Shown piece after piece: positions 13,400 through 27,250 of a stretch of 64,000 bases of DNA. A program made the translations under genes and the position numbers. How positions within the stretch are numbered: position 1 is the first letter of the stretch; every line of letters begins with the position of its first letter. Under the pieces are notes generated by a model, which saw only the letters and a program-made list of their open reading frames with translations, was not told the origin of the DNA and did no database searches. Source of the DNA: Camelus dromedarius (taxonomy: Eukaryota); the NCBI RefSeq assembly GCF_036321535.1, contig NC_087447.1:40612001-40676000 (forward strand), given 5' to 3'.

Positions 13400-15520
13400 C
13401 CTCTTCTTTAATTAATTAGGTTTTCTTATTATAGCTAATTCCACATTTCTAAATAATGTAACTCTACTGCTAGTTCTCATTTGTTTATTTTTGATGTTAT
13501 CTATTGACTTCCTGTTATGATAGGAAGAATTTAGCTTTTTTATGCCAGGTCTCAATTCACAATAAAATTGTGTCAGAATTTTTACATAATAAGTAATCAG
13601 TTTTATATCACTACCACTTTGCAAGTATTGCTTACTTCAGAGACTAATATATTACTACAATTCTATTTTATTTCTACGTCGTGTTTTTATTACTCTTCAA
13701 ATTTATAATTGCTTACTTAAAAAATATGTACATACTTTGCCATTCATGTGTTCTGAATCTTTTCCAAATGCTCTACTTTTTATGATATTATATGGAGTTC
13801 CCCTTCTCTCTTTATTGAAGGTGACTCTCCTGGGGTTCTCTGTGATGCCAGGAAGTTATGCCTCTGTTAACGTGGAGTCTCCCAATACCATTTTCCTAAG
13901 TTGTATCCATTACTTCCTGTTTTCTATGTCATTTTTTTCTTAATGTACTCCCTTCTTTTGGCTAGAGTATATTCTCAGGTAGCTTCCTAATCAATGGAGA
14001 TAATTTGGGGTTCATGAAATGCTTGAAATATCTTTGTTCCACTGTTACATTTTGGTGGATAGTTTGACTATGTGTAAAACTTTAAGTTAAAAAAGTTTCC
14101 AATTAAATTTGGATGGCCTCAGTCCATAGTCTTCTGGCATCCAGTGTTGCTAAGGAAAAGTCCGGAATCATCATAATTCTTATTTCTTCTTTATAATTTA
14201 TTTTAATTTTAGAATATCTTATAATTTTCTCTTGATCCCTGGTCCCGGAAATTAAATGTTCATAAACTTCTAATGTTGCTCTTTTTTCATTTGTTGTGCT
14301 AGGTAGCCAAAGGGTTCTTTCAACCTGGAGACACGTCTTTAAGGAAGTAGTAATACCCTCCTTCTACTCTCTTCCTCTAATTTTCTCTGTTCTTTCTTTC
14401 TAGAGCTCCTAAAATTTGTATAATAGAGTGCTTGGTTTTAGCTTCTATTAAAAATTTTTTTCCTGCCCCATTGGTCATCTCTTTGTCTTTTTGTTTTATT
14501 TTCCTTTTTGGACTTTATTTTCTAGGCATTCTATTCAAGTTTTTTATTTTCCCAATCATACATACTAATTTCCAAGCACTCTTTCTCAGTCTTTGAGTGT
14601 TTTCTGTCTTAGTTTCCTACTGTTTAATGCATGTCTTTCTTTCTTTTCTTATATCCAACTGAAGATAATAATTTGGAACAAATCTTTTCTTCTGTTTTGC
14701 ATTATCTCTTTTTGGTAAAGTGTTTTTTTGTTTGTTTTTCCTGTTTGTTTTGATTTCTCACCTTCATGTTAGAGGTTTTCCTCAATTGTTTGGTGAGCCT
14801 GGGTTGTCTGTTCAATTTAAGACACAGAAATGTATGTGTGTATGTGTGTATGTGTGTATGTGTCTGAGTAAGAAAGTGTGTGGGAGTGGGTAGTGGTGGT
14901 GCTTTTCAACTGATGGGGTTTACTTCAAGATAGTTGGATGAGTAGTTGGTCATTTTATTGATGCTCCCCAAATGCCAGAGAAGAGACCTCTACTGTTACC
15001 CCAGTGAGGTCCTGACTACCAGCATTCTGCCTGGGGTTTGGATGGTGGGGACAAAAGAAGACTTGGACCCATCACTTCATTTTACAGACTTTCATTTAAT
15101 CTTTGTCATTAATCCTGCCCTCCAGCTCTGAAATGCCTCTGAACCCTAAACTTTTGTTAATTTTGCCAGAGAAGAAAACTCAGATCTTTTTCCCGGGGAA
15201 GAAGTGGTGGGTTGGGTATAAGTTGCCTTAATCTAGGTGCCCTGGCTCCCCTGATTTCTTAGCCTTTCCAGGGTTTTATGGAGCAAACTGCTTCTTTTCC
15301 ATGACCCTCCTCTGGTGTCCTTTATCCTGCCAAACCAGTCCTGTCCCTCCAATGATTTTCAGTCTTCTAAAACTTTATTGAAATCTCTCACATGCTGATG
15401 TCTACTTTCCCAATTCTCTATGTGATTTTTGAGAATTATTCTTTCTATGGTATTAGTGGGAGCACAGAATGAAGAAGAGATAAATACATGCTAGCAAACT
15501 GCCATTTTTAACCAGAATTC
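13400..15520 (-). mobile_element. Very old L1ME/HAL1-like remnant
   Basis: GTCTTCTGGCATCCAGTGTTGCT...AAGTC motif, T-rich decay, and terminal CTGCCATTTTTAACCAGAA. Confidence 0.55.
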
Positions 15521-16509
15521 TAATTTATTTAATTTTATCGATATTGCTATAATGACCACTTTTTTGTGCCTATAGCATGTTTTTCTCCTTTTGCATTTAT
15601 GAATTTGTATAGGATCAAAAGCACAAATAAGAAATTAGATTTAAATAATTAGAGAGACACTTTATTCCACATTGCTGAAGCTGAGAAGAGCTGTAGAGAG
15701 AATTTGAGGCTAATGGGAAGCAAGATAAAAAGCTCTGTGCCATATGTTTTCAGCTTTTTTTTTTTTTTTAATGAGTTTGTAGAGTAACAGGATTGTGAAT
15801 GTCTTGGTCTCTTTAAGTAAGTGAGGGAGTCTAGAGCACTTTTCTTTAAGAAGTAAGGAGCTATATAAGGGTAGTTTCTCCAACCTCATTTCTTTGCCTG
15901 GGGCAGCTTAGAAGACTTAACTCCGCAAGGAAATAAAAGCTCCATTGAGAAGCCCAAAGCATTAGCCCTGATGGCCAGAGATCTTCCACGGTTTGTGCCC
16001 GGATATGCCCGAGGTCTCTGCTTCTCTCAAACCCCATTCCCATCGGGCCATGTGTCTGTGGAGGTCCCAGAGAATGAAGACAGAGCTTGCAAGGGTCACC
16101 CAGCAGATAGGAGCTGCTCCACAGTGCTCTGTCTGGGATAGGACCAGCTACCTGCACAAAGCTTCCCCCAAATGAGAGGCCCCTCTTTTTAGATGGTTAA
16201 CTCCAGGCTCTGCCCTCAGCTCAATGAACTGTGTTCTATAGCAGGAGGCTCCTAGCCCATTCTAAGCAGAACCTGGTCCCTCAGTACCTGGATCCAACCG
16301 AGTAACCGGTGGTTGTGGACTCCCAGACCAGAGTTAAGAACTGGATGACTTAACTAATTTCACTTTAGTCCTTACTTTGGATTATGAACTCTTCCAAAAC
16401 TTTTATTTCTTGCATTTCCCCCACAAGGCCTTATATAGTAATGTGAGTACGGTAGAGGCATGAAGGAAATACTTCTTAGCTAAAAACCCATCCAACGAGG
16501 AGGGTGGTA

Positions 16510-16755
16510 AATAACAGCCCCTCCCACTTGCACAGCATTTCAGTTTTCACAGCGCTTTTTGGTACATTGGTTCATCAGATCCCCAGACAACCCCAGAAAG
16601 TTCTTGAGATAGTGAATAGTGTCTTTCTTTTATAGATGAGGTAACCTAGGCTTAGGTAAATTACACAGTTTGTCCAAGGTCAGATTGCTAATGTGTGTCA
16701 GCAACAGGACTCTGTCCCAGGTCTTCTGACTTCAAGTGCAGGGTTATTTCCAGTG
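16510..16755 (-). mobile_element. MIR SINE
   Basis: TTTATAGATGAGGTAAC...TGTCCAAGGTCA core. Confidence 0.75.
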
Positions 16756-16951
16756 TATAATGTGGCCTTGGAAAAATAATAGCAACATAAGAAATACCCA
16801 TGAAATCATATAACATTACACTCAGCACCTGAGTCCGCTTTCATGAGTTTTTATAATCTAGGTCTAGCTATCATTTGATTAATTTCCAAATTGTTTTTGT
16901 ATCAGTTAGTTCATTCATTCATTCACTCACTTCAAAAATAACCATTGGTTG

Positions 16952-17101
16952 GATGGGGAGAGTATAGCTCAGAGGTAGAGTGCGTGCTTGGCATGCACAA
17001 GATCCCAGGTTCGATCCCCAGTACCTCCATTAAAAACATGAATAAACCTAATTACCCCTACCCTGAAAAAAAACAAAAAAAACAAAAAAATGAATTTAAA
17101 A
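16952..17101 (+). mobile_element. tRNA-derived camelid SINE (Vic-1-like) with perfect 18-bp TSD
   Basis: A box TAGCTCAGAGG, B box GGTTCGATCCC, A-rich tail. TSD AAAAATAACCATTGGTTG at 16934-16951 and 17102-17119. Confidence 0.92.
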
Positions 17102-17220
17102 AAAAATAACCATTGGTTGCTTACTTAGTGTCTAGTACTATTTTGGTGGTCAGAAGAAAAATACTGACTATAGCCCATGACATCCAATGGTTTAGCATAA
17201 GTTGTACGGGGTAGCAGGCA

Positions 17221-17729
17221 GTATATAAATTTCCTATTGCCACTGTAACAATTTACCTCAAACATAGTGGCTTAAAACAATCCGAATTTTTATCTTACTG
17301 TTCTGGAGATCAGAATTTTGAAATGAGTTTCACTGGGTCAAAATCAAGGGGTTGGCAAGGCTGCATTCCTTCTGGAGGCCCTAGACAAGAATCCATTTCC
17401 TCCCCTTCCCCAGCTTCTAGGGACCTCCTGCATTCCTTGGCTTGTGGTCCTATCCATCTTCAAGCCTAGTAATGGCTGGTTGAGTCACTCTCACAATGCC
17501 ATCTCTTGTTCTGGCTCTTCTGCCTCCTCCTTCCTTATTTAAGGACCCTTGTCATCACTAGGCTCACCTGAATGACCCAGGATACTCTCCTTCTCTTAAG
17601 GTCAGCTAATTAGTAACCTCAATTCCATCCGCAACTTTAATTCTCCCTTGCCATGTAACATAATATATGCACAGGTTCTGGGGATTAGAATGTAGACATC
17701 TTTGGGAACATATTACTCTGCCTACTGCA
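17221..17729 (-). mobile_element. MLT1D-like MaLR solo LTR
   Basis: AGTGGCTTAAAACAA, TTTAAGGACCCTTGT, CCCTTGCCATGTAACATAA and GGGGATTAGAATGTAGACATCTTTGGG motifs. Confidence 0.88.
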
Positions 17730-20700
17730 GATAGTAAGAGATCTTTTCCTGGAAAAACAATAACATTGTAATTCTAGGCATCAGGTATGGTGCCAAATGA
17801 GTATTATAGACATAAACGCAGAGAGCAGGAGGAAAGCCCTCCCCTGGGCTCAGTGATCAAAGAACTCTCGATAGTAGGCAAGAACACTGAATAAGCAATG
17901 TCTCAGGGATAAGAATGAACACAGGGAGCAACAAGAGATTCTTAAGCAGAGATAACCTAATAATAAAGACAGAGTTTTGAGTGGATGAAATGGTGCTTGG
18001 ATATACTTGAGCCTCATTTAAGTATCACAGGCTTTGTCTTCTATTTTATCAAAGAGAAACCTGAGGTCCAGAGAGTTTGAATGCCTTACAAGAAAGTTAG
18101 TTGGCAAAGCTCCTGGCCAGAAGGGAAGGGGGTTTTTCATGGTTCTGGGGAGAGGAGGAGGCTCTAACTTTTGCCACTGCCCATGTAAACTGCTTGGTAA
18201 ACCAAAATCTCTTTGGAATTATTCCCAGAAAATCCCTAAAATTAGCTCTCTCTGTCTTTGCTCCTGATCATCTTCTCTCATGTGATGTGCATTTTTCAGA
18301 GCGCACTGTTCTATGCTCCTTTTCAGCTGCGTTTGTGGGGATGGGGTTGGTTCTGGAGCACAGGTTGGGATAAGGGGTATAGGGCTTGTCTTGGAACATT
18401 GTGGGAATATTTTGGGGAATATGTCCTTTACCTTGGTATTAATTTGCCATTCAGGTCACATTGGGTCATCAACTCTAGGCTTTTGCCTAAAGCTTCAGCT
18501 CCATTTTTAGCTGCTCTTCTGGGAGACATGAGACAACTTACAGAGAAAAAGCACAGTAGGGAGAGGCAGAGAAGCTGGTTCTGACTTCTGTTGCTAGCTA
18601 ACCCTGGGATAGTAGGCAAGTAAATTTTCCTACTCTTAGTTTCCCCACCTCTCAGTGGGTTGATTTGACACGGTAAGCCTTGGAGTTCTGAGAGTCTGTA
18701 TGAATGTTTCTAGGATTCAGCCTCAGTGGAGGTCAAAGGTGGGTCTGGATCTACTACTCATATGTCCACCTCCCCATTTCCCTAACTTCATGATTTACTT
18801 TCATCTGCTTTAGGTCTCCTCCTCACTTGGATGGCAACTCTTTCATTGGAGATGTCCTGAAATATGTGTCATCACATGTCACTCACTCAGTAATCTCTCC
18901 ATCTATTCATCCAACAATTAAGTGCCCGTTTTTGCAAGGTAAGCTAATGCATTTTCCTAAACCTTATTGTTAGGTGGGAAGGAAGTGCAATCAGGCTTAT
19001 TGAATCATGGACATCAGGGAATGTCTGAGTTAGAAGGATATTTAGAAACCATCAAGTTCAATTATGCTCTTCTTACAAACGAGGAAACAAAAGCCTAAAG
19101 AAATGAAGTGATTTACCTAGGGTCACATGGCTAGTAAATGTCAGAACTGGGAATAGAATCAATTTTCCAGTCTTCCAGCCCAATTCTACTTTCTCCCTCC
19201 ATTATCTACCACATTCTATTAACTGATTGGAAAACATAACTCTAATGAGCCCTACATTATTTTTTCCTTAAGCACAAAGAATTTTTAATTGGGGAAGGAT
19301 GTGCCCAAATTTGTGATGAGAAACAATTAACCCTCAGTGGAGGTACTGGGCCATATCCTAGTGTTTCAGCAAAGGCCTCTGTAATGGGAGGAACTAGAAG
19401 AGGAGGAAGAAGAGAATGCTGCCCTTTCCTTGTTCTCAGAACCTTTTGTCTCCCCATTAAGTTGTGCTTGTTTTTCAGACATGAGCCTAGTAACTGGCAT
19501 AGCCCAAGCAATCCCAGCTATCTACCCTAATTCCTCTGGGATGCACTTGGCATCTGATAGCTCAGCTCTGTTTTATTGCCAAGTTGGGTGAATGGACCTT
19601 GGCTGACTTCTGTCTGTACAAGAAGGCCTGGGGTACAAGGGACCCATCCTCTCCTTGACCCAGTGGGGACAGGTCAGTGCTTGCCTTTGCCTACAAACCA
19701 GGCTGCCCGCCCCATACCACGTGGAGCCAATTAAAGTAGGAGACCATTTTCACAACTGCAAGCAGGGTGATTGCCTTGAACCTCTCTCTTCACTCCTGCT
19801 CTGGTGTCCTACTCTCTACTCCATCCTGATTTCTACCAGCTCCTCACTTTTAGCTTTGTCTCCTATTTCTAGCCCCATTGAGTCAACGTTTAATTTTAAC
19901 CAGATTTACTGGGCTCAACCCTAGGTCCCGAATTATACTTATCCTCTGACTTTCTGCCCTGCTGGCCACTTTGGATTGAAGCCCAGCTCAATTTGTATTG
20001 GATCTAGTTCCCAGAAATGCTTTATCCTTACTGTGGGAATCACTCTGCTGGGCTCATCCCTGTTGGTTTTCCTTGGTTCCCTACCAGGGTTAGCTTGACA
20101 TCCAGGCTGCTGCTTCTGTCCCTCGGATTCACTCAGCTCTCTCCTCCAGATGACTATGTGGATCTGTCACTTGTATGTCCACCTCCTTTCCCTGCCCTCA
20201 GGCTTCACTTTCAGAACCGACTTTGGGCCCCTTCCTCACCTTGGTTTGGCAACCCTTTCAAGTTCTTGATTTACCCACCATAGCTCCTTGCCAGCTCTGG
20301 GTTCTGCTTTGGCATCACTGTTGCCATTAGGTTAGAGACCCTCCCTCCAGCCTCCTATAACCCTTACTGATAGAGAGAAATCCCAGCTCCTACGTTCCTA
20401 TGCCTCAGCCCCACCACCAAGGGGGAATGTTCAGAAATGACCAGTGCTTTTCCTGCAGGATTTTTAGCTGAATGTTTTGAACCTCTTGCATATCTAAATT
20501 TGAAATTAATCACAGATTCCTAGGGTTTAAAAAAAAACCCTCAAAGATCAAGCCTAGAATTTCTCAAATTGTGATTCTGTAACGACCTACATCAGTTACC
20601 CCTTATTAAAAATACATATTCCAAGCCATCACCCCAGACCCACTGAATTAGGGGAGATTATCAGACTAATGACTAGGCACAGAATTTTTGATAATTACTG

Positions 20701-21396
20701 GTTGAATCTATGTCCCAGATCCTAACTGGTATCTCACTGAAGCCATCTTTAGCAGTCAAAGGACCTTTGTGGTCTAGGTTGGCTTTGAAAGAAGGAGGTT
20801 CCAGAAAGCACCAGACTGTCAAAGAAACACTGAAGTTGCATGTATCTTCTATTTTCACAGAAGCCACCAGTAAGTGTGCTGGGAACCGTCTTCACATAGA
20901 GCTCTTTCCAGGCACTGGTTGGTGAAAACACTCAGACAAGCAGTGACTCTAAAGTGAGGACACGTCTTTTCATTTGTGTCTCAGGGAAAGAGAGACAGCA
21001 TGGGGACAGCTTGCAACAAGTCTCACCTTGTCAGAGTGGAGCTGTCAACTTTGGCAGGTAAGTCTGCGCTGATGGCTGTGATGAGCGAAAGTACGTGTGG
21101 TGAAGGAAAAGTGGGTCATCATGTGGATCTCCATCCAAAAATTCACAGAAAATTTTATGTGCAAGTAAATCTCTACGGCGGTGCCTATCAAATTAAGAGA
21201 AGCATATGTAAATGAACAAAGTCAAAGTAGGGGGAAAGGATATGGAGGATGACTGGAGTGTTGGAAGAATCTGCGTAGAATCATAGATTCCTGATTGGAA
21301 GAAATCAAATCTTTGATTTTTTTCTTATCTCTTGGACTCATTTGTCAAATAAAGTCTTATGTAGAATGTATGTATGGGTGAGCGTGTGTGTGTGTG

Positions 21397-21803
21397 TGTA
21401 TTATTCAGGATAGGATATGTCGTGTGCAGTGAAAAACAAACTCCCAAACTTATCAGCTGTAACATCAAAGGTTTTTCTTGTTCATGTTACACGTCTGTCA
21501 CAGATGGGCTTGGGCTCAGATGACAGCTCCTCAAACCAGGACGCAGTGGGTGGAACGGCCATCATCTTGAACATTACTGGTTTCCATGGCAGAAGAAAAG
21601 GAACAACTCTGAAGAGTACTGTGTCGGTAATTAAATGCTCTGATTTGACAGTGACCCACAGCATTTTTACTCTGATGGCATGGATCAAAACCAGCCACAT
21701 GACCCTACCCAACTACAAAGAGGCCCAGAAGTACAATCTTACCATATGCCCAGAAGGCATTTTCTAGTAAAAATGTTCAGTGGACACCACCAGTGACTAT
21801 CAC
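21397..21803 (-). mobile_element. MLT1J-like LTR
   Basis: TCAGGATAGG...CACATGACCCTACCCAACTACAAAG...GACTATCACA pattern. Confidence 0.65.
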
Positions 21804-21822
21804 AGCAAGTGAGTGAGTGAAT

Positions 21823-21888
21823 GTGTGTGTGTGTGTGTGCGCGTGCATGTGTGCGTGTGCGTGTGTGCATGAGAGAGAGAGAGAGAGA
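21823..21888. repeat. Compound (TG)n/(CG)/(GA)n microsatellite
   Basis: Direct reading. Confidence 0.9.
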
Positions 21889-22479
21889 AAATGGTGTCTG
21901 AAGAGTTAAATGCAGATAAAGACTCATTCTGAGAGTAAATGTGAACTGAGGAAATTTTCCACGAAGGCTTGCCATGCACTCCAAGTGACAAATAGATGAA
22001 GTAAAAGCATTATATTTCCTCTGATTACCCAGGGGAGGCTGGGCACTATAAAGAGTTTTTGAAGAGAACAGCAACTGATGATGAAACGTGGTGTTTCTAT
22101 GTGATGAGGAAACCAAGCAGAAATCACCAACTTTGCAGAGGCCTGCGAGAAATAATCATGTCAAGATCACAAGTGAGGAGGGCATCAATTGATTTCACTC
22201 AAGTCAAGGGGATTGTACAGGGAACATTTATCCCACAGGATTAAGTGGTTCCTTTGGGTTCAACAAACACTAGCAAGCACCCACTCTGTTCCAAATACAG
22301 TGTTTGGTGTCAGGAATCCAAAGACAAATAGCACACAGTCAAAAGAAGAAATGGGGATACCAGTACTTAGAGGCAGAGAGACAGTGGAAGACACAGGACT
22401 TTCAGACTATTAATATGTGTGTGGTGGGGGAGAGTGAAGGAAAGGAGCATTTAGAATGATTTCCAATCTTCTCGTTTTC

Positions 22480-22600
22480 TAGGGTTTCTCACTGGGCATT
22501 TGGGGCAGGACAGTTCATTGGGAAGACCTATCCTGTCTATAGCAGGATAGATAACATTTCTGGATTCAAGTGCTGCATTCCTAGTCATTTATTGTGACCA

Positions 22601-22646
<46 letters not shown>

Positions 22647-22685
22647 CCCATCCCCCTGTCCCTGGAAGGGCAGTATCCCCCTCCT
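22480..22685 (-). mobile_element. MER20-like hAT MITE containing a (CT)n(CA)n microsatellite at ~22601-22646
   Basis: AGGGTTTCTCA...CATTTGGGGCAGGA...TCCTGT...AGGAT...TTGTGACCA colinear with the recalled MER20 consensus. Confidence 0.6.
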
Positions 22686-23270
22686 TCCTGCTCCCCTTCC
22701 CTCCTCAGAACCATTAACTCTTCACTCTCCTGCTCCACAATGCAGCCTGAAAAGCCTGAAAAATATATCTCTAGTAATACAAATATTATCCCATCCTCTC
22801 TCCACGTTAATCTTTCATTGCCTCCTAATTTCCTCTGGGAAAGTTAGATGTTATTTGAGGTTGCCCCTAATCTGGGCCCTTCCTGTATTTCTACCCTCAC
22901 TTCTCTCCACTTTCTCCTTTGCCCTTCATTTCCCACATCTATCCTCCAAATGCACGGGACTATTCACTGTTTTCTCAGTGTCTCATGCTATTTCCCACCT
23001 CTGTGCTTTTGCATAAGCTGTTCTCTTTGGGTGGTATCGCTTGTCCAGTCCTTCTCCCACTCCTCTGATCACTCTTTCCTTGTGATTGCTAGCCAGTATT
23101 CAGCTTCAGTTTGTCTTGATCATATTGCTTGCCATTTTGTTTACTTGGAGGAAACTCTAAAGTGTAGAGCTAATAGCTCAGTTTCTAGATAGATTATATG
23201 AATTTTCTCTCCTTCAATATTTAGCAGCAGCAAATTACTTGGGCTCTCTTAAACTCAGTTTCTCCTACAA

Positions 23271-23324
<54 letters not shown>
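23271..23324. repeat. (AAT)18 microsatellite
   Basis: Perfect 54-nt run, counted directly. Confidence 0.97.
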
Positions 23325-23325
<1 letters not shown>

Positions 23326-26081
23326 TCTCCTGCATAAGTTTATCTTGACATTTAAGATACTGCAACTAAAATACTGGCTAACCAAAGATGTCAGCTACCA
23401 TGGTCATGGTTATGATTATGTATATTATTTGTACATTTCCCTGCCAGACTTTGAACTCCTTGGGGGAAGGTGTCTTGTTTTACACAACTTTGTATTCTTA
23501 TCATAGAGCCAGGCAAATAGAAGGTCTCCCATATGTTTTTGAATGAATCAATCAATCAGAAGCATGCTACATTGTGCTCAGTAAGTGATTAGTTTAAACA
23601 GGCAGGAAAATGTCACGTAAGTTTTTAGGATTTCCAACTAACGTGTCTAAAAAAAAAATTCCCTTGAAGGGTTCATTTCATTTACTTGGAAATTTCACTG
23701 ATGCAAACTTGCTCTGATGGTGCCGTGGCAGAGGACCACACATCCTTTCACACTGGACAGGAGTGTGGGCCTGGGGGCACATGGGTTTGCCGCCAGCCCC
23801 AACAGGTTCCCAGCCAGGCTTTGCTCCATTCTAGGTACAGGGCCTTGTGCTGGTTATCTCAGCTGTGTGAGTATCAGTCCCCTTGGCGGCAGAGTGGCAG
23901 TAAGTTGATCAATCTCACTGGACTGTTTTGATTAGAACTGGTGAGTTCTAATCTATATTATCATAGCTCTATCACTTACTAGGTGCTCATTAAATGTTAG
24001 TTATTTTATCTGAAGATAATTATTTCTTTAGAAGCTGGTGAGTAACTTGGACGTAGGGATCCTAGGGATGTGTAAGTCAGGGATCTCTGGGTGGCAAGGG
24101 CACCCAGTCACTGAAGCTGAACTAGGATTCAGCAAAATCTCATGAAATGCAGTTGGAGAAGATCTCTCTCTCTTCTCCTTTTTCTTCTCCATCTTTCCCT
24201 AAGCACTTCTCCTTCATTCACTTCTCTTCAACTGGCCTCCCTATTTACTCATCTACTTCCACATGGCCCATCCTGGCTCTCCGAAAATGGTGGTCTTTTC
24301 TCTTGACTACATACCACTACCCTCCTTTACTCCCCACTGCTAATGGATTCAATCTTTTCTGTCTCAATCACAGATTCCTGGGAGAGAGAGTCTGACGGGG
24401 CTAACCTCCAACCAAGGGGTGCCCATGTCTCGTTTGATCAGCTTTGCCAGAAACAGGGCTGAGGGTAGTGGGAGAAGCAAGGTGGCAGGATGCACCTGCC
24501 GGGGCTGAGGGCTTCTACTAAAAAGAGAGAGTGGATGCCTCTGGTACAATGTCCCATCCTCTCAGGTTTTGTGTCCTCTCAGTGTTCAGTGGAAGAGAGA
24601 GGAACAAGGAGAGAAAGATGGGATTTTGTGGCAGAGCAGAAATGGCCACAATGCTGACTAGTTTTATTTTCTTCCTCTGGTTATCACACACTCTGCTGTC
24701 CTTGTTTTTTATTTGTGTCATTATTATTTTTGATTGTTCTCAACACCTTCTCTGGTGCCACCAGGAACACCAGTTTTGATCCCATCCAAGAAAGTCCTGT
24801 CACCTGCCTCTCACTTCTGGTCTTCTCAGGGTCAATTCCTTGAAGGGAGTCATTAGAAATAAACCCCAGGCTGGAGATTGATTAGTCAAGTCATTATGAA
24901 GAAAATGAAGTTACAGATGTCAGCAACATCCGAGACAACAGGGAGTCTCCTTCCCATCCTATGACCCTCAGTGGTAGAGCCCCTCATCCCCTCTCCTTGT
25001 TACTGACCATGTAAGTTACACCTTAGTATGTCTGATGGCCCTGAATCTACAGTCATGACCTGTAGTCTGAGACACAGGCTAGGAGGCTGTGGGAGGAGAC
25101 AGGTTTCCAGCTGGGAGCCTGGGAGGCCAGGAGTCAAGGAGCTGGCATGCCAGGGGCAGGAACACCCAGAAGAAAGGGAGCTTGAGCTGGTTTGCAAGAT
25201 ATTAGACAGGAAGGGCTGGGACAGGCGCTGGTGGTGGTCCTCTGAGCAGGATGTGAGGTCTCCACCTTAACACTCAGTCCTTAGGGTAAGCATTCTGTGC
25301 TGCCTCTTATTTGCTTGCTCTCTCAGATGCACCCACTGATCGTGGCAGACTTATAGTTTCTTTTTAAATTTCTTTTTCCCCCTCTATTCAAGTCACTGGC
25401 ACAGAGATGAAAAATCCTTAAGCCTAGAGTTGACTGGAAGCAGGACTGACTGTGGCCATCAGCTGCCAGGCTGCTCTTCAGGGAGGCTTGGCAACTTCCA
25501 GCGAAAGCCCCGCCTTTGCACTGGAACCCCTCTGCCACTGTCTGCACACAGATCCTTTGTAGTGGAGACGGAAATCTTTGTTCTCTGTAAACAACAGAGC
25601 AGCACTCTTATTGGGCCCTTCCCTCCGCTGAGAATCTCAAGTAGCCCCTCCATCATCCCTGAGTGCGCTGCGATGCTTTAATGTCTGGGAGAGCATGAAT
25701 CGTAAACGCGTCATTAGACTTAAAGGCTGCCCTGAGATGGTGGCTGGAGGAGAAGGCCCTGAAGAAAAGAGGAGTCTGGCTGAAAATGAGCTGTTGAATA
25801 ATTCATCACGAATTGAAAAGTCAATACCTTAAGTGAGGCGTGGTGAAGTTCGGGAACCCAGAGGTAAACACTGCGAGGATGTAATTTTTGAGGGAACGTT
25901 ATCCAAAGTAATGGCCCTTTGGAAGGGGTGGGAGGCAGAGAGACCCTGGCTGAGGGTGGGCCGACTCTGACCAGGGACTGGGATGGGGATAGGGCACAAA
26001 AGGAAAGGTAGAGCGGAGATTGCCTTTAAGGCCACTGCATCTGGAATGGAGGAGAGGTAAGGCCAGGAAGGAGCTGGGGGT

Positions 26082-26222
26082 GGGGAAGGGTATAGCTCAG
26101 TGGTAGAGTGTATGCTTAGCGTGCATGAGGTCCTGGGTTCAATCCCCAGTCTCTCCATTAAAATAAATAAAGAAATAAATAAACCTAATTACCCCCTCCT
26201 CCCAAAAATAAAATAAATGAAA
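26082..26222 (+). mobile_element. tRNA-derived camelid SINE (Vic-1-like)
   Basis: GGGGAAGGGTATAGCTCAGTGGTAGAG...GGTTCAATCCCCAG with an AATAAACCTAATTACC tail. Degenerate TSD CAGGAAGGAGC / CAGAAAGGAGC. Confidence 0.92.
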
Positions 26223-26519
26223 CAGAAAGGAGCCAGGGAATGATTGAGAACAAAACAAGTGATTCGGAGTAGGAGAGCAAAGAAGACCTGAGCAGTGGGC
26301 ACAGAAAAGCTTCCTGGAGGAGGAAAGACCCAGCCTGGAAGGGAGGATGTGATGAACAGAGAGGAGGTGAAGGCAGTTTCATCAGACAAGCTGTTAAGGT
26401 GCAGCAGAGGAAAGCTGAAAGGGCTGGGGTATGCAGGCTGAAGAACGCCGTGTAGAAGAATGGAAATCTGCTCAAATTTGAAATGGGAGCCCCCAGAGAT
26501 TCTTAGGCAGGAAATTGAC

Positions 26520-27250
26520 ATTCATTTATTCATTTAGCAAATACTCAGCAGTAACTGAGTAGTGATATCCCAGATTCTGTGCTCAGTACTGTGCATGCCA
26601 TGGTAAGCACAAGACAGACATGGCTCCTCTCCTCACAGGACTTACATTTTGGTGAGGAAAACAGATAACTGAAAAACAGTAATCACATTTATTGTGCTAA
26701 GTGCTCTATCAGCACCATCTCAACCTTCTCTGTGAGGTTAAGAGGTAGGTGAAATAACTATCTCCATTTTACAGATAAGGAAACTGAGGCTTAGAGAGGT
26801 TAAGTAATTTGCCTAAGGCAACCCAGCTAGTAAAAGGAGGAGCTACAAGTCTATAATGCTGTTATGTAGTTGTGAGTTAGGGCTAAATGTTTGGATGGGG
26901 AAGTGGGTGGGGCCATGGGCCAACGTTGGAGGCATGACTTTGTTCTGGGTGTCAGGGAAGCTTTCTAAAGGAAGTGGTTAAGATAAAACCCATGAGGTGA
27001 GCTGCTGGGATGTGGTGAGGTTGAGTGTGACCTGTACGAGGGCCTGGAAGTGATGAAGGAGGAAGGTAGGAGAGGCCAGATCTGGCAGGGCTATGCACCC
27101 CTATCAAAGGCCACATGAAGGCTAGACTTCGTCCCAAGGGTGATGAGAAGCCACTAAAGGATTCTAAGGTGGGAGGGATGGAGGGCATGTGTGTAACAGA
27201 ATCAATTCTGTATTTTTAGGAGATCGCTCTGGCTGCTTTGTGGGGAATTA
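26520..27250 (-). mobile_element. L2 fragment with nested MIR (~26688-26845)
   Basis: TTCATTTATTCATTTAGCAAATA L2 tail, and MIR core CCATTTTACAGATAAGGAAACTGAGGCTTAGAGAGGTTAAGTAATTTGCC. Confidence 0.8.

Noticed and set aside
16955..17030. tRNA-like sequence (also at 26082-26156)
   Set aside because: These are SINE heads followed by the family tail, poly-A and TSD, not tRNA genes.
21055..21063. Isolated perfect donor CAG|GTAAGT upstream of the gene
   Set aside because: No clear matching acceptor or other transcript evidence. Such motifs are expected by chance in 64 kb.
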